64,000 nucleotides of DNA from the human T2T-CHM13v2.0 reference genome, Homo sapiens, in the NCBI RefSeq assembly GCF_009914755.1, contig NC_060943.1; one strand, written 5' to 3'. Below the pieces are notes generated by a model. It had not been told where the DNA came from, ran no database searches, and saw nothing but the letters and a program-made list of their open reading frames with translations. Position numbers and translations under genes: made by a program. Below, in pieces: positions 1-64,000 of the stretch. Every line of letters starts with the position of its first letter. Position 1 is the first letter of the stretch.

Positions 1-369
1 CACCCAGGGCGTCCATGCGGTGGGCTCATTGCTGTCTATTCCTCAAAGTTACCGGGCTCTTGCCTTCCCTGGTCTCTGCATTTGCTGTTCCCACCAACTG
101 CAATACATTCCCCCTCTGCAAGGCTCAATTCCTTACTTCATTCAGGTCTGTGTTCAAATGCAGTTTTATTAGAGAGGCCTTCTCCAACTCCCTTCCTGGA
201 AATCACCCACCTGCCCAGAGGGGACCTCTGGGTTCCCTCTTCCCTGCCTACTCTGGGTCATCGTCTGGGGTGGGTCTCTCTCCAGGCCTGAGACAGGATC
301 TTCTAACTCCCCCACACTGAGCCCAGCATAAGGCCCTACACTAGGTCAGCCTTCAGCAACTACTCCATG

Positions 370-11000
<10,631 letters not shown>

Positions 11001-11094
11001 TAAGGTCATATAGCAAGTAAATGGCAGAACTAATATTCTAGACTGCTTTGTTCGCTGTCTCTACTCATCACATTGTATATTTCAGTATGGAGAG

Positions 11095-11345
11095 AGGACT
11101 AAATTATAGTGCTGAAAGCACAGATTCTGAGCCAGGCTGCCAAGATCGGAATCCTGAGTCTAGCAATTAATGCTGGATAGCCTTGGGAAAGTTGCTTAAT
11201 TTCTCTGTACTTCTGCTTCCTTTCTGTAAAATGGAGAAAATAACAGCACCTACCCCTCAGGGGTGTTATCAGAATTAAATGAGTTAATGTGTACAAACAG
11301 CTAAGGACAGGGCCAGGCATTTTGTAAAACAATAAGCGTTAGCTG
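11095..11345 (+). mobile_element. Near full-length MIR SINE
   Basis: Core CCTTGGGAAAGTTGCTTAATTTCTCTGTAC...CTGTAAAATGGAGAAAATAACAGCACCTACC...AATTAAATGAGTTAATG. Confidence 0.75.
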
Positions 11346-12299
11346 TAATCCACAGTGGGGAGCCCCTACATGCTTCTGAGCTGGGGTGTGTGCCCAGATC
11401 AGTGCCAGCTTTTGAGAAAACGCCTCTGGGACTGGACTGGAAAGGAGGAAATCCATTAGCACCTGTAACCCAGTCACATTCCGGGGGCGGAGAACTTCCC
11501 ACCAACAGCTCTGAGACTGAAACTTCACAGCCCAGCTCTCCCACTAATAGTAACGATTTTAATGACTCCCTTTAACCCTGTTCTCAGAGGCATGCTTGCT
11601 GTTCCCATACTACAGATAAGGGCACTGAGGCTCACAGATTTGTCCATGGCACAAAGGGGTGGAAGAATAGGGGATATGAATGCTGTACTTCTCATAGGGA
11701 TAAACCATTACACTCTTCTAAATTCCACCGGGGAAGTGAGGGTGCGAAAGCCTGTCTCGATGGCCCTTTCTGGCCGTATTATCCTACAGTTCTGTGCCTG
11801 TCCAGCTTACCGGGAGTCTCTGGCGGGACTAGGGAAATTATCACTACATCCAGGCCCCTAATTTCACGCTCCTTACCCCACCCTCAGTCCTGGAGCCTAA
11901 ACCCACACTCTATCCTACCACTGATTTCTCCCTCCTACCTCCTCAACTTGCCTTCCTGCCCCCAATCCGATCCAGAGGCCCCAACCCATTGCGTCCACCG
12001 TTCGCCTGTCCCTTGGAGCTTCCAGACCCCCTCACTCATCCTAACCCTGATCCTCATACCCTCGCCGCAGGTTAAGCCCCCATCGAAATCGACCCCTTCA
12101 GGGCCTCTACCTGGATGTCCAGCCCAGTCTCCAACTCGGGGCCCACTTCCCCAGCTCTGAGCCCCTTTACAATCAATTCCAAAGCTCCACTCCCACCCCA
12201 CCTCCAAGACCCCTCCCCAAGCCACCATTCTTCTACTACTACCTCCGGCTCCCATTCCTCCCAGTCCTCTCCCCCAGGCAATCTCCCCTCACCCAGCCC

Positions 12300-12700
12300 C
12301 TTCTTTCGCCCCTGCCTCTTCCCCCTCGTCACCCGGTCCCGAACCCCCGTCCCGACTCTCCAGCGCCCCCGGCCCGCGCCTGGGCTCTCACCATCGCCGC
12401 GCGCTGCATCTCCCTCGGCTACGCGGGTTTCCCCCACTCGCTCCTCTCCAGCCTCCCCTTCCGGGTTCTCGTCCCGAAGCCCGCTGGGAATTGAAGTCCG
12501 GGCAGCCACGGACTACATCCCCCAGAAGGCAGCACGGTCAAGCTTGGAGGTGGGGTAGGAAGCAAATTAGGCGGGCGGAGGAAAAGAACGACTCGAACTC
12601 CCGGGAGACAAAGCCGGGGAGGACTTGGCAGCGCAAGCGCAGGGTGCTTCCCCGCTGGGCGCGCTGGGAGATGGAGTCTAGCCAGGAGGGCTCCATTTTT
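12300..12700 (-). promoter_or_regulatory. FBXO46: CpG promoter and non-coding first exon of an upstream minus-strand gene, most likely FBXO46
   Basis: CpG-rich. Strong minus-strand donor GCGATG|GTGAGA at 12392/12391. ZNF143/THAP11-like motifs. The minus strand is G-rich downstream. The gene name rests on synteny only; no coding exon is in the window, and 1-12391 would be intron. Confidence 0.6.
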
Positions 12701-12727
12701 GCCCGAGGCCCTTGGGAAGGGAATTGA

Positions 12728-14400
<1,673 letters not shown>

Positions 14401-14699
14401 AAGGCCCAATTCAAATGGCCCTCCTCTTTGAATCCTTTCCCAACGTATTGTTCTCTGCATTAACCGAGTTCCCGTCTCACCGGATTCTCATGGTCTCGGA
14501 GGTTCTCACGGTCTTCTCGATTGTACTGGGAAGACAGTGGCTAAGTTCCCACCATCTAGCCTGGTGCTTGGCACACAGGAGGCCCTCATGAATCACGAAC
14601 TGAAGGGAAAAGGTGGAAATGGGACATCATAGGGCCAGAAGGGACACAGGCGAGCTCGCTCTCTCTCTCTTCCTGAGAGTTGGCAGTTGAGGAAACCCA

Positions 14700-15370
14700 G
14701 CCTACTTGGGATGCAACGGCCCTGGACCACGCGGGTCGTGCAGGGGCGTGACCGCTTAAAAAGGCGGGTGGCTGAGCGGGCGCTGATTGGTCACCTAGCG
14801 GCTCACGCCGACCAAGGCCTTGTCAGAAGGCTCGAGGCCGAGCTCACGCTGTGCAAGACGACAGGGCCCTTCCCGAGGCGCGCGTGCGCACGGCCACTTG
14901 CACCCTGCCCTTTCAACCCCGTCGTCTCGTGCCCAGCACATCTTGGCTGGAACTGGTAGGGGCGTGGCCTGGCCTCAGGAACGCACTCTTGCTCTGCTCC
15001 TCACGCCTCGCGCAGGATCCTCGCGCCGGGAGGATTCGCACCCAACCCCAAGCCCGGTTGGGAACGTGGTGTCCGAGACCGTCTGGGATCCCCGCGCGCA
15101 CGGCCGGCTTCCCGGGACCCGCGCGAGACGCTGTCTGATCGGGCTCCCTAGAGTGGGGCCCGGAGAAACCAGAACGGCGGGGGCAGCCTCACGCCATTTT
15201 GCACGCCCTGAGGCGGGTGCTGGAGGCCAAGGGGAATGGGGCGCGGGGCAGGGGGCCTCCCCCAGCACTAGCTGGGCTTAGGGGAACCCGGGATCCCCAC
15301 AGGAGCTTCCCTCGGTGGGGGGCTCAGGGGAATAGAACATGCTCTGGGTGCAGGGCCACGGGCGACGGAG
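14700..15370 (+). promoter_or_regulatory. MEIOSIN: CpG-island promoter and probable non-coding exon 1 of MEIOSIN (donor at about 14955/14956)
   Basis: CpG-rich. Inverted CCAAT (ATTGG 14786-14790), GC boxes, NRF1-like GCGCGCGTGCGCA (14878-14890). Candidate donor CTG|GTAGG at 14955. Next exon begins with ATG at 16923. Confidence 0.7.
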
Positions 15371-15975
15371 TTTGGGTTTGAAGCCGGGGGTCCAGGTTCG
15401 AGTTTGAGGAACGGAAGACTCTGTTTGTGTTGGGAATCCGGGCTCTCGAGTTCTGATCTGGGATCTCGGGATTTGTGTCTAGGGGTGACTAGTTCTGGAA
15501 TCTGAAGAGCTTGAGTTTTGTGACTGGAAGCTTTCTCCTTGGAATCCAGAGATCCCAATTTGGGGATCTGGAAGTCTTAGTTCTGAGTTATGATGTAACA
15601 TTTTGAGAGTCTGGAGCCTGATTTGGGGCAACTGAAGCCTCAGTATAGATTTAGGGCCTAAATCCCAATGTAGAGTATGAAGCTTTAGGATCTGGAGTCG
15701 CAGTTTGAGTCTTTAGAAGCACGTTTTAGGGCCTGGAGTGCCCACATTGAGTATGGGAGCTCCAGTTTTAGGGTCTGGGGTTTCAGAGTAGGACCCACAT
15801 TCGAGATCTCAGTTTTAGGGTTGGGGCCACAATTTGAGGGACAGTTTGGACGTCTAAGAGGTCAATCTGGAGAAGTGAGATTTGTTTCATAGGGGCCTGG
15901 ATTTCTTATCTTAGGATATAGGTTCATAGTGTTACAGCTTGCAGTCTGTAATCTTAGTATTAGGATCATATTTGA

Positions 15976-16233
<258 letters not shown>

Positions 16234-16413
16234 TAGAGGTGGAGTTTTGTCATATTGCCAGGCTGGTCTCAAACTCCTGAGATCAAGCAATCCTCCTGCC
16301 TTGGCCTCCCAAAGTGCTAGGATTACAGGCGTGAGCCACTGTACCTGGCTTTGGGAGGGCTCCAAAGTGAGGATTTAGGTCCTCATTTTGGGACTCTAAA
16401 GTATTAGTTTTAG

Positions 16414-16788
<375 letters not shown>

Positions 16789-16922
16789 TAGGGACTCTTA
16801 TTTTGGGATCTCTGGGTGCTCAAAGGAGCATCATAGGGAAGATGAAGGGTGCCCATCAGGGTTCCTGCCCATCCTTCCTGCAATCCCAGAGGTCACTAAT
16901 CATTCTTTTTCCCTCTTTGCAG

Positions 16923-45653
<28,731 letters not shown>

Positions 45654-46039
45654 GAGGGCGGCCCCTCGCCTCGCTCCCCTCACCCCTCATGGCAACCGCG
45701 GCTCTTGCTGGAAGCCAGGACCCATCGATGAACTTGTCCCTCCTGGGCCTCCAGCCCCTGAGAATGCAGGTCCCATGGGACTGGGGAGGGGGGCACTGAT
45801 TAGCCCCAACTGCTGGGCACATTTGCCTGGAGCACCAGAGTCACCCACAGCTGCCTTGATTCTCCCCCAGGCTTAGGAAGGAAACCCAAAATGAAATGCG
45901 GGGTGTCGGAAGGTGAAGTTTACCCACCCCTCTCCCCTTCCCTTCCCCACCCCAGAGCCACTCGGTTGCAACCCTGTTCATGCTCACCTCACCCTACTCC
46001 TCCCTCTCCTGTTCTATTTTTAGACTATTTATTGTTTTA

Positions 46040-46050
46040 AATAAAATAAA
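46040..46050 (+). terminator. MEIOSIN: MEIOSIN polyadenylation signal (overlapping AATAAA pair)
   Basis: AATAAAATAAA about 390 nt after the stop codon at 45653. Confidence 0.75.
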
Positions 46051-46339
46051 GCAAGTGGAACCTTTGTTACCAGCAAGAGAGACAAGGGCAGGCCCTCCTG
46101 CGTCCCCCTGCTGCCCCACTGGGGTGCTCCGTCCACCCTCATCTGGAGGCCTGTGGCTTGCAAGAGGCCTCAGTGCCACCCCCTCCCCAGCCACTCTGTG
46201 CATCTGAATGCAAACCCCTCTTCCCCTCGGGAGGCAGCAATGGGAAGGCCAGGTCTCGAGGTGGGCTCTGTGTTCAGCGCTGCTTTGGACAGACACTGGA
46301 AGGCACCCCAGACCCCTGGTGGTGGTGTAATCCGATAAC

Positions 46340-46350
46340 TTTATTTTAAT
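46340..46350 (-). terminator. SIX5: SIX5 polyadenylation signal
   Basis: TTTATTTTAAT on + reads ATTAAAATAAA on -, about 690 nt past the SIX5 stop codon. Confidence 0.75.
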
Positions 46351-47035
46351 TGAAAATGGAGGCATAACATGTCCTAGAAAAATAAAGATTTAGGATACAA
46401 AGGAGACACAGCGGCAGGGCTGCCCCCAGGGATGAGGGAATCTTTGGTCTGGGCCGGATAATGAGGACAAGGGCTTGAGTCGAGGGGAGCTGGTGAAGGA
46501 AGACCCCCGTCTCCCCACAGCTGCCCCACCCCCCGCCCCTGGCAGGAAATGCCACACTGGGGAGGGTCTCCAGTCTCAGGGGCGCGGGGCTGCCTGTCCT
46601 CCACCTTCGGATTCCAGGCAGTTGTGACAACACCAGCTATCGGCAGAGCTATTAATAGTGTTTCAGGGAGTGACAGGGAGAGGGCTCTGGGGGCTGGAAG
46701 TCCGGCCCTGGGGCAGGGTGTTCCGCTTACAGCTAGTACCAAGTGGAGGGGGCAGGGCCCCTGAGTCAGGACCCTGAGTCCCCCACGTATATGGCAGGGC
46801 ACAGCATGGGGAGGGCTGTAACAGAGAGGCCTCCCATCCAAAGGGGGATGGAGACCTGGACAGGAGGTGGCCGGGGATACAACCCCCAGCACCACCAGGG
46901 CTTGGAGAGGCCACCCAGGCAGAAGGATGTGGTGACTGGGGTCTTCAGCAACCGCATTTCTGGGGCTCCCCCCTCCCATTCCTGTCCCTGCGTCTTCAGC
47001 ACCAATGTCGGGAGAGGCCACGGGGCCACACTGGG

Positions 47036-50000
47036 TCACAGTTCCAAGGGCTCCTCCACAGGCACCGACTGGAGCTGGGTCAGAACCTTGGCCTCAGCTT
47101 CCAACCCCTCGTCAACCTCACCCCCTGCGGTGGCCCCCAGGAGCAGCCCCTCAGGGTCGGGGTCTGGCAGCCTCAGCATGGTGTGGGGGGCCTGTGTCCC
47201 CAGCCCCTTTTCCGCTTCCAGCAGCCCCTCTGTTCCTGCGCTTAGTTCCAGCCCTGCTGACCAGACAGGCACGGCCGCGGGTGACAACATCAGCCCCTCT
47301 GGTGGGGGCGCCGGGAAGTTGGGCAGGAGGCCAGGGGAGTCAGGGGAGAAGGGCAGGCTGGTGCTGGAGGTGGTGGCAGCGGCGGGGGGTGGCTGCTGTG
47401 CAGAAAGGGTGCCTAGGGCGTGAGCCTCTGGGAGAGCAGGGCTGGGGGCCACCGGGAGGCCTCCCTCAGGCACGGAGATGGCCGTCTCTGGCTTCAGTGG
47501 CAGGGCCAGGCCGGGGGCTGGCGGCAGGACCTGGGAGACGAGCATGCTGGTGGGGAAGGTGGCGGTGAGGATGATCTTGCCCTGCTGCACGGCCACACCC
47601 GTCACGATGGGGCTGCCAGACACAGGGTTGGCCAGGAGGAAGTTTCCTGTGGGGAGAGAGGGACCGAGCGCAGGTGAGAGCCAGGAGAGCAGGCCAAGCC
47701 AGAGAGAAGTGGAGACTGTGCAGCTGGAGGGCGGGCGGAGGGAGCCTTGTGGTGGGCCTTGGGGCACTGGGACTTGCCAGGGATGAGATGCCCTCCAGGA
47801 GCCCAGGGACAGCCCCTCCCTCTCCGAGATGACTGCACCCCTCCCCGGCTCTCACCTAGGCCTGAGGGAGGGAGATGGGGGTACCTGGGGCAGTGGCCGA
47901 AGGCAGCTGCAGGGCAGTCACGCCCACCCCGGAGTTGATGAGGTGCACATTGGCAGGGCCTGCTGCAGCTGCCACCTTCACAGGGCTGCCTGGCCCGGCT
48001 GCCAACAGCTGCAGGGGCCCCACAGCCTGGGGCAGGGTCACCACCTGTGAGGTGGGTACTACCTGGGGCAGGTTCAATAGTGGGGAGGTGGGGCTCAGGC
48101 CCGTGGGATACCCCGGGGGTGGGGAGAGCGGTACCACTTGTGGGGCAGCCACAGCAGGCACTGGCCCCGGGGGCAGAGGAAAGGTGGCAGCCGTCGGGGG
48201 GCCAGGCACCACTTGGGCCAGGGGCCCCAGGACCTCCTCTCCAAGGGCTGGTCCCGGAGCAGCCACCTGGGCCCCTTTGGTCTCAGGGGCCTCCGACTGA
48301 GCCTCCTCCAGCCGCACCTCCCCTGTCTGAGGGTCCAGGACCAGAGAGGTCTTGGTCTCGCTGGCCCCCTGAGGGCTGGGCTGCGGTGGAGGGGCACCCC
48401 CGCCCCCAGTGAGCAGCAGCGGGCCCAGGCTGGAGGCCTCGCCCAGGGCCAGGCCGTTGATGATGACGGGGCCCCCGTTGAGGAGCACTGCTGGGGAGCC
48501 GCTGGCTGCCAGGAAGCTCCCGTTCACCAGGATGGAGGAGGAAGCCGGGCAAGGCGCGGGAGGGCCGGTCCCTGCCAGGAATATGGAGCCCTGGGCAGCG
48601 GCCTCGGCGGACACTGGGGCCGCCCCTCTCTCCAGGTCCTCAGGACTTCGGCTGGACTCGTCCTCAGTCGTGGGATTCCCATCAGACTCGCTGGCCGGAG
48701 AAATGGCTGTCAGCTGGGGTCCCTTAGCCTGTGGGGCCTCCCGCATAGCCAGCCAGCTGCTCCCCCACCTTTCCCTGGCCCAAGTTTCGGTGGATCATTC
48801 CAGGGGTTATGACGCCTCTCTGAGACCACTCCAAACTCCAGGGCCTTTTGCAAGCCCTGCGTGGACACCACTGCAGAGAAGCGCTGGGGAGGGAAGAGGC
48901 CCTTGCTCTCCCCCACCTCGGCCTCGGGTCCCCAGAGGCTGAGCTCCCAGGTTGCCCTAAAAGTTCCTTGGTTGGGCGGAAAGCGGGCGAGTGGCCTGGA
49001 GAGAGGGAGCAGCAGCCGCCAGCCCAGTTCCCGGTGCCCTCCCCGCGGGGCGTCAGAGAAGGGAGAGGCCGGCGCTCAGGGTGGGAGGAGAAGGGTTTGG
49101 GTTACAGGGAAACCGGAGCTGGGAAAGGTTCACGTTTCACAACAAAGGCAGAAGACGGACCACGCCGTCCGGGCCCGGAGGGAGTGTGGGGGCGGGTGGG
49201 TAAGAGTAACGGTCAGTGAAGAAAGGGGGCTGGGAGGCAGCCCCTACGCGGAGTGGAGTGGCCACAGGCCCTGTCCTTTTTCCTCAGTCCCTCTAGTGCC
49301 CCCCGCAGTGTGATTCCCCAACACCGATGGGATTTGGGAAGGAGCTCGGAATGGAGCCGCTGGAAGAGGAGACGCGTGCGGGGAGAGGGCCCGGGCGGGT
49401 GCCTGTCCCGTCCACACTTAGTCCCCGCGCCCCGCGGGCGCCTGAGATTGTGAGCTGGTCCCGGGAGATGTCCGAGGACCTCGGCGCGCCGGCCCCAGCA
49501 GTGGGCACGGGGGAAGAGGGCTGGTGGACGGGATGTCCCCGGGAGAGCTGGACTTGCGCCGCCCGAGGCCCCTCACCTCTTGCAGGGCGCGCCGCCTCCG
49601 GCCCCGGTCCGGTCGCGCTGTCGCCGGTTCTTGAACCAGTTGCTGACCTGCGTGAGCGACAGGCCGGTGAGTGTGGCCAGGCGGCGCTTCTCGTCCGGCG
49701 TGGGGTAGCGGTTGCCGCGGTAGCAGGCCTTGAGCGCTGCGCGGGAGCGCTCCTTGAAGCAGTAGACTGTCTCCTCGCCGTCCCAGATGGTCTTGGGCAG
49801 CGGGAACTTCTTGCGCAGTCGATACTTGTCCACTGCGCCAAGCGCGCGGCCGCGGGCCCGCTCGGCCTCATGGTAGCGCGCGCGCAGGTAGAGGTCCTGC
49901 AGGAAGGCGTGGTGGGCGGCGGGGAAGGGGCGGCTCTCGAGTAGCCGGTAGAGCTCGGCGTACTCGCCCCGCTGGAAGGCCACCAGGGCCCGCGCGCGCA

Positions 50001-50379
50001 ACACCGGGTCGCTGCCACGTAGGCGCTCGGCCGGGGGCAGTGCGCCCAGGAAGCGGCTCAAGCGGCCGGCGTGGCCCGCCTGGAGCAGCGCCTCGCAGAC
50101 GCACGCCACCTGCTCGGGCGAGAAGCGGAGGCCCGTGGGCGGTTCGGAAGCGGCCTCGGGGGGCGACCCGGGGACGCCCGGGGATCCCGGGCCCTCAGCT
50201 CCCGCAGCCGCTGCGCCCGCCCCGGCCCCGGCCGCCGCCGCCGCCTCACCCTCGGCCGCCTGCAAAGTCTGCAAGAGCTGGCGCGCTTCCTCCTCCTCCT
50301 CTTCGGTCGCCGCCGCCGCCGCCACCGCCTCCCCCCCAGCCGCCGGCCCCGCGCTCGGCTCCGCAGGCAAGGTAGCCAT
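47036..50379 (-). CDS. SIX5: SIX homeobox 5 (DMAHP), spliced CDS, 739 aa
   Basis: Exons 50379-49577 (803 nt), 48690-47885 (806 nt), 47646-47036 (611 nt); total 2220 nt. [11 protein letters not shown] start, SIX domain ([15 protein letters not shown]...), SIX4/5-type homeodomain ([13 protein letters not shown]...[14 protein letters not shown]), C-terminus ...VPVEEPLEL. Confidence 0.98.
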
Positions 50380-51271
50380 GTTTTGCAACTTTGGGAAGTT
50401 CCTCCCTCCCTCTCTTCCTCCCTCGGGCTTTCCCCAGCCTCCTCCCCCACCTGTCCCCCCTTTTCGCCCCCACTCCCCGCTCTTCTCGATCTTCTTTCTG
50501 GCCGACCCTGCGCCCCACGCCGGGAAGGCGAGATCCAGCTCTCCACTCGGGTCTCTGTCCCCTTGTGTGTGTCCGTCCCCCTCCCGTCTGTCTGTGATTC
50601 TCCCTTTGTTTTCCCTCCGCCTCTGGCCGCGCTTTCTGCCTCCCCCCAGCGTGTGCTTCTGGCTCAGGGCCTCAGTTTCCCCATCGGGACAACGCAGAAG
50701 GTAACGGGCCGTCCAGGAGGACTAAGGGCGCGAAGCCTCCGCCCCGAGACTGAGCTTCTGCACGCCTCCGTCTCCAGGGTCCTCTGCAGGCCCCCACATT
50801 CCCCATCTCGGCCTGCGCTCCGCCCCTCGGAATTCCCGGCTCCGCAGGGGGGGCGGGTCTGGCCGGGAGGAGGGGCGGGGAACGGGCTAGAAAGTTTGCA
50901 GCAACTTTTCTCGAGCTTGCGTCCCAGGAGCGGATGCGCGTGGCGTGCGCAGGCGCAGTGGAAGGAGGATGGCCGCGCGCGCTGCCAGCCCAGCCCCCTC
51001 TTCTCGACGCTCGGTGGCACAGCTGGGCCACAGCTGGGCGGGGGCGGTGCCTCCGGGTGGCCCGCTCGCCCTCCTATTGGCCGGACGCCAAAGCCCCGCC
51101 CCGTGGCTTTTCCTCCCCCAACCCTGATTCGGCCGCTTCGCATCCCGCTAGCTCCTCCCAGACCTTCGGCCGCCTCCACACGCCTCCGGATTGGCCCGCT
51201 GCGGAGCCTCCGGCCCACAACGCAAACCGCGGACACTGTGGAGTCCAGAGCTTTGGGCAGATGGAGGGCCT

Positions 51272-51277
51272 TTTATT
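51272..51277 (-). terminator. DMPK: DMPK polyadenylation signal AATAAA
   Basis: TTTATT on + about 700 nt past the stop, directly abutting the SIX5 promoter. Confidence 0.8.
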
Positions 51278-51604
51278 CGCGAGGGTCGGGGGTGGGGGTC
51301 CTAGGTGGGGACAGACAATAAATACCGAGGAATGTCGGGGTCTCAGTGCATCCAAAACGTGGATTGGGGTTGTTGGGGGTCCTGTAGCCTGTCAGCGAGT
51401 CGGAGGACGAGGTCAATAAATATCCAAACCGCCGAAGCGGGCGGAGCCGGCTGGGGCTCCGAGAGCAGCGCAAGTGAGGAGGGGGGCGCGGGATCCCCGA
51501 AAAAGCGGGTTTGGCAAAAGCAAATTTCCCGAGTAAGCAGGCAGAGATCGCGCCAGACGCTCCCCAGAGCAGGGCGTCATGCACAAGAAAGCTTTGCACT
51601 TTGC

Positions 51605-51628
51605 GAACCAACGATAGGTGGGGGTGCG
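51605..51628 (+). promoter_or_regulatory. CTCF site 2 flanking the CTG repeat (weaker match)
   Basis: CCAACGATAGGTGGGGGTG is a partial core match at the expected position on the SIX5 side of the repeat. Confidence 0.6.
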
Positions 51629-51739
51629 TGGAGGATGGAACACGGACGGCCCGGCTTGCTGCCTTCCCAGGCCTGCAGTTTGCCCATCCACGTCAGGGCC
51701 TCAGCCTGGCCGAAAGAAAGAAATGGTCTGTGATCCCCC

Positions 51740-51754
51740 CAGCAGCAGCAGCAG
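51740..51754 (-). repeat. DMPK: DM1 trinucleotide repeat, normal (CTG)5 allele in the DMPK 3' UTR
   Basis: (CAG)5 on + between TGATCCCCC and CATTCCCGGC. The first repeat base is 224 nt after the stop, consistent with c.*224. Confidence 0.97.
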
Positions 51755-51819
51755 CATTCCCGGCTACAAGGACCCTTCGAGCCCCGTTCGCCGGCCGCGG
51801 ACCCGGCCCCTCCCTCCCC

Positions 51820-51834
51820 GGCCGCTAGGGGGCG
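51820..51834 (+). promoter_or_regulatory. CTCF site 1 flanking the CTG repeat
   Basis: GGCCGCTAGGGGGCG matches the CTCF core. Methylation-sensitive CTCF sites flanking the DM1 repeat are established. Confidence 0.8.
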
Positions 51835-51977
51835 GGCCCGGATCACAGGACTGGAGCTGGGCGGAGACCCACGCTCGGAGCGGTTGTGAACTGGCAGGCG
51901 GTGGGCGCGGCTTCTGTGCCGTGCCCCGGGCACTCAGTCTTCCAACGGGGCCCCGGAGTCGAAGACAGTTCTAGGGT

Positions 51978-63842
<11,865 letters not shown>

Positions 63843-64000
63843 GTTGGACAGGCAGCACCATGGCCCCTCCCCGGGCCGGGGGCTCGGGGTCCTCCTGTCA
63901 CAGGGCCTGGCAGCCCCTGTCCAGGCCCTGGAGCCCTGGCTGCATGTCTGCCTGTCCCTGGCTGTCCCCTGGGCCTCTCTGGCCACTTCTCTCTGCGGCC

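Noticed and set aside
15388-15406. Possible retinoic-acid response element (GGGTCCAGGTTCGAGTTTG) near the MEIOSIN promoter
   Set aside because: The half-sites are degenerate and the spacing is not DR2/DR5, so it cannot be supported.
46374-49944. Overlapping 140-240 aa ORFs on both strands around SIX5
   Set aside because: Shadow frames of GC-rich SIX5 exons and UTR.
50071-51321. 416-aa + strand ORF antisense to SIX5 exon 1 and promoter
   Set aside because: GTG start, low-complexity Arg/Pro/Gly/Ser sequence, expected in stop-poor CpG-island DNA; no recognisable domain.
63843-63986. 48-codon in-frame extension upstream of the DMPK ATG (MAREAQG...)
   Set aside because: Non-ATG start at the window edge; two real ATGs in another frame intervene; no supporting evidence.

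Overview
This is human genomic DNA from the myotonic dystrophy type 1 (DM1) locus at 19q13.3. I built three complete spliced genes by hand from GT/AG boundaries. MEIOSIN/BHMG1 (+) has 14 coding exons, a 1917-nt CDS and 638 aa with bHLH and HMG-box domains. SIX5 (-) has 3 exons and 739 aa. DMPK (-) has 15 exons and 629 aa, and its 3' UTR carries a normal (CTG)5 allele flanked by CTCF motifs in a CpG island. Bases 1 to about 12.5 kb are most likely the first intron and promoter of FBXO46 (-), inferred from synteny; no FBXO46 coding sequence is in the window. The introns are saturated with Alus plus MIR, L2, L1, MLT1 and Tigger relics, and almost all short ORFs in the track are Alu or GC-rich shadow ORFs. 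I found no wholly new biological system. The most unusual sequence-level observations concern how the MEIOSIN N-terminus was built: coding exon 3 appears to be an exonized MLT1 LTR, a 39-nt in-frame duplication of a splice acceptor added 13 codons just before the bHLH, and a near-perfect inverted duplication precedes exon 5. Other notable points are strong-Kozak upstream ORFs in the DMPK leader, an NF-Y/Sp1 promoter-like cluster in DMPK intron 14, and AUG-framed ORFs across the repeat on both strands.
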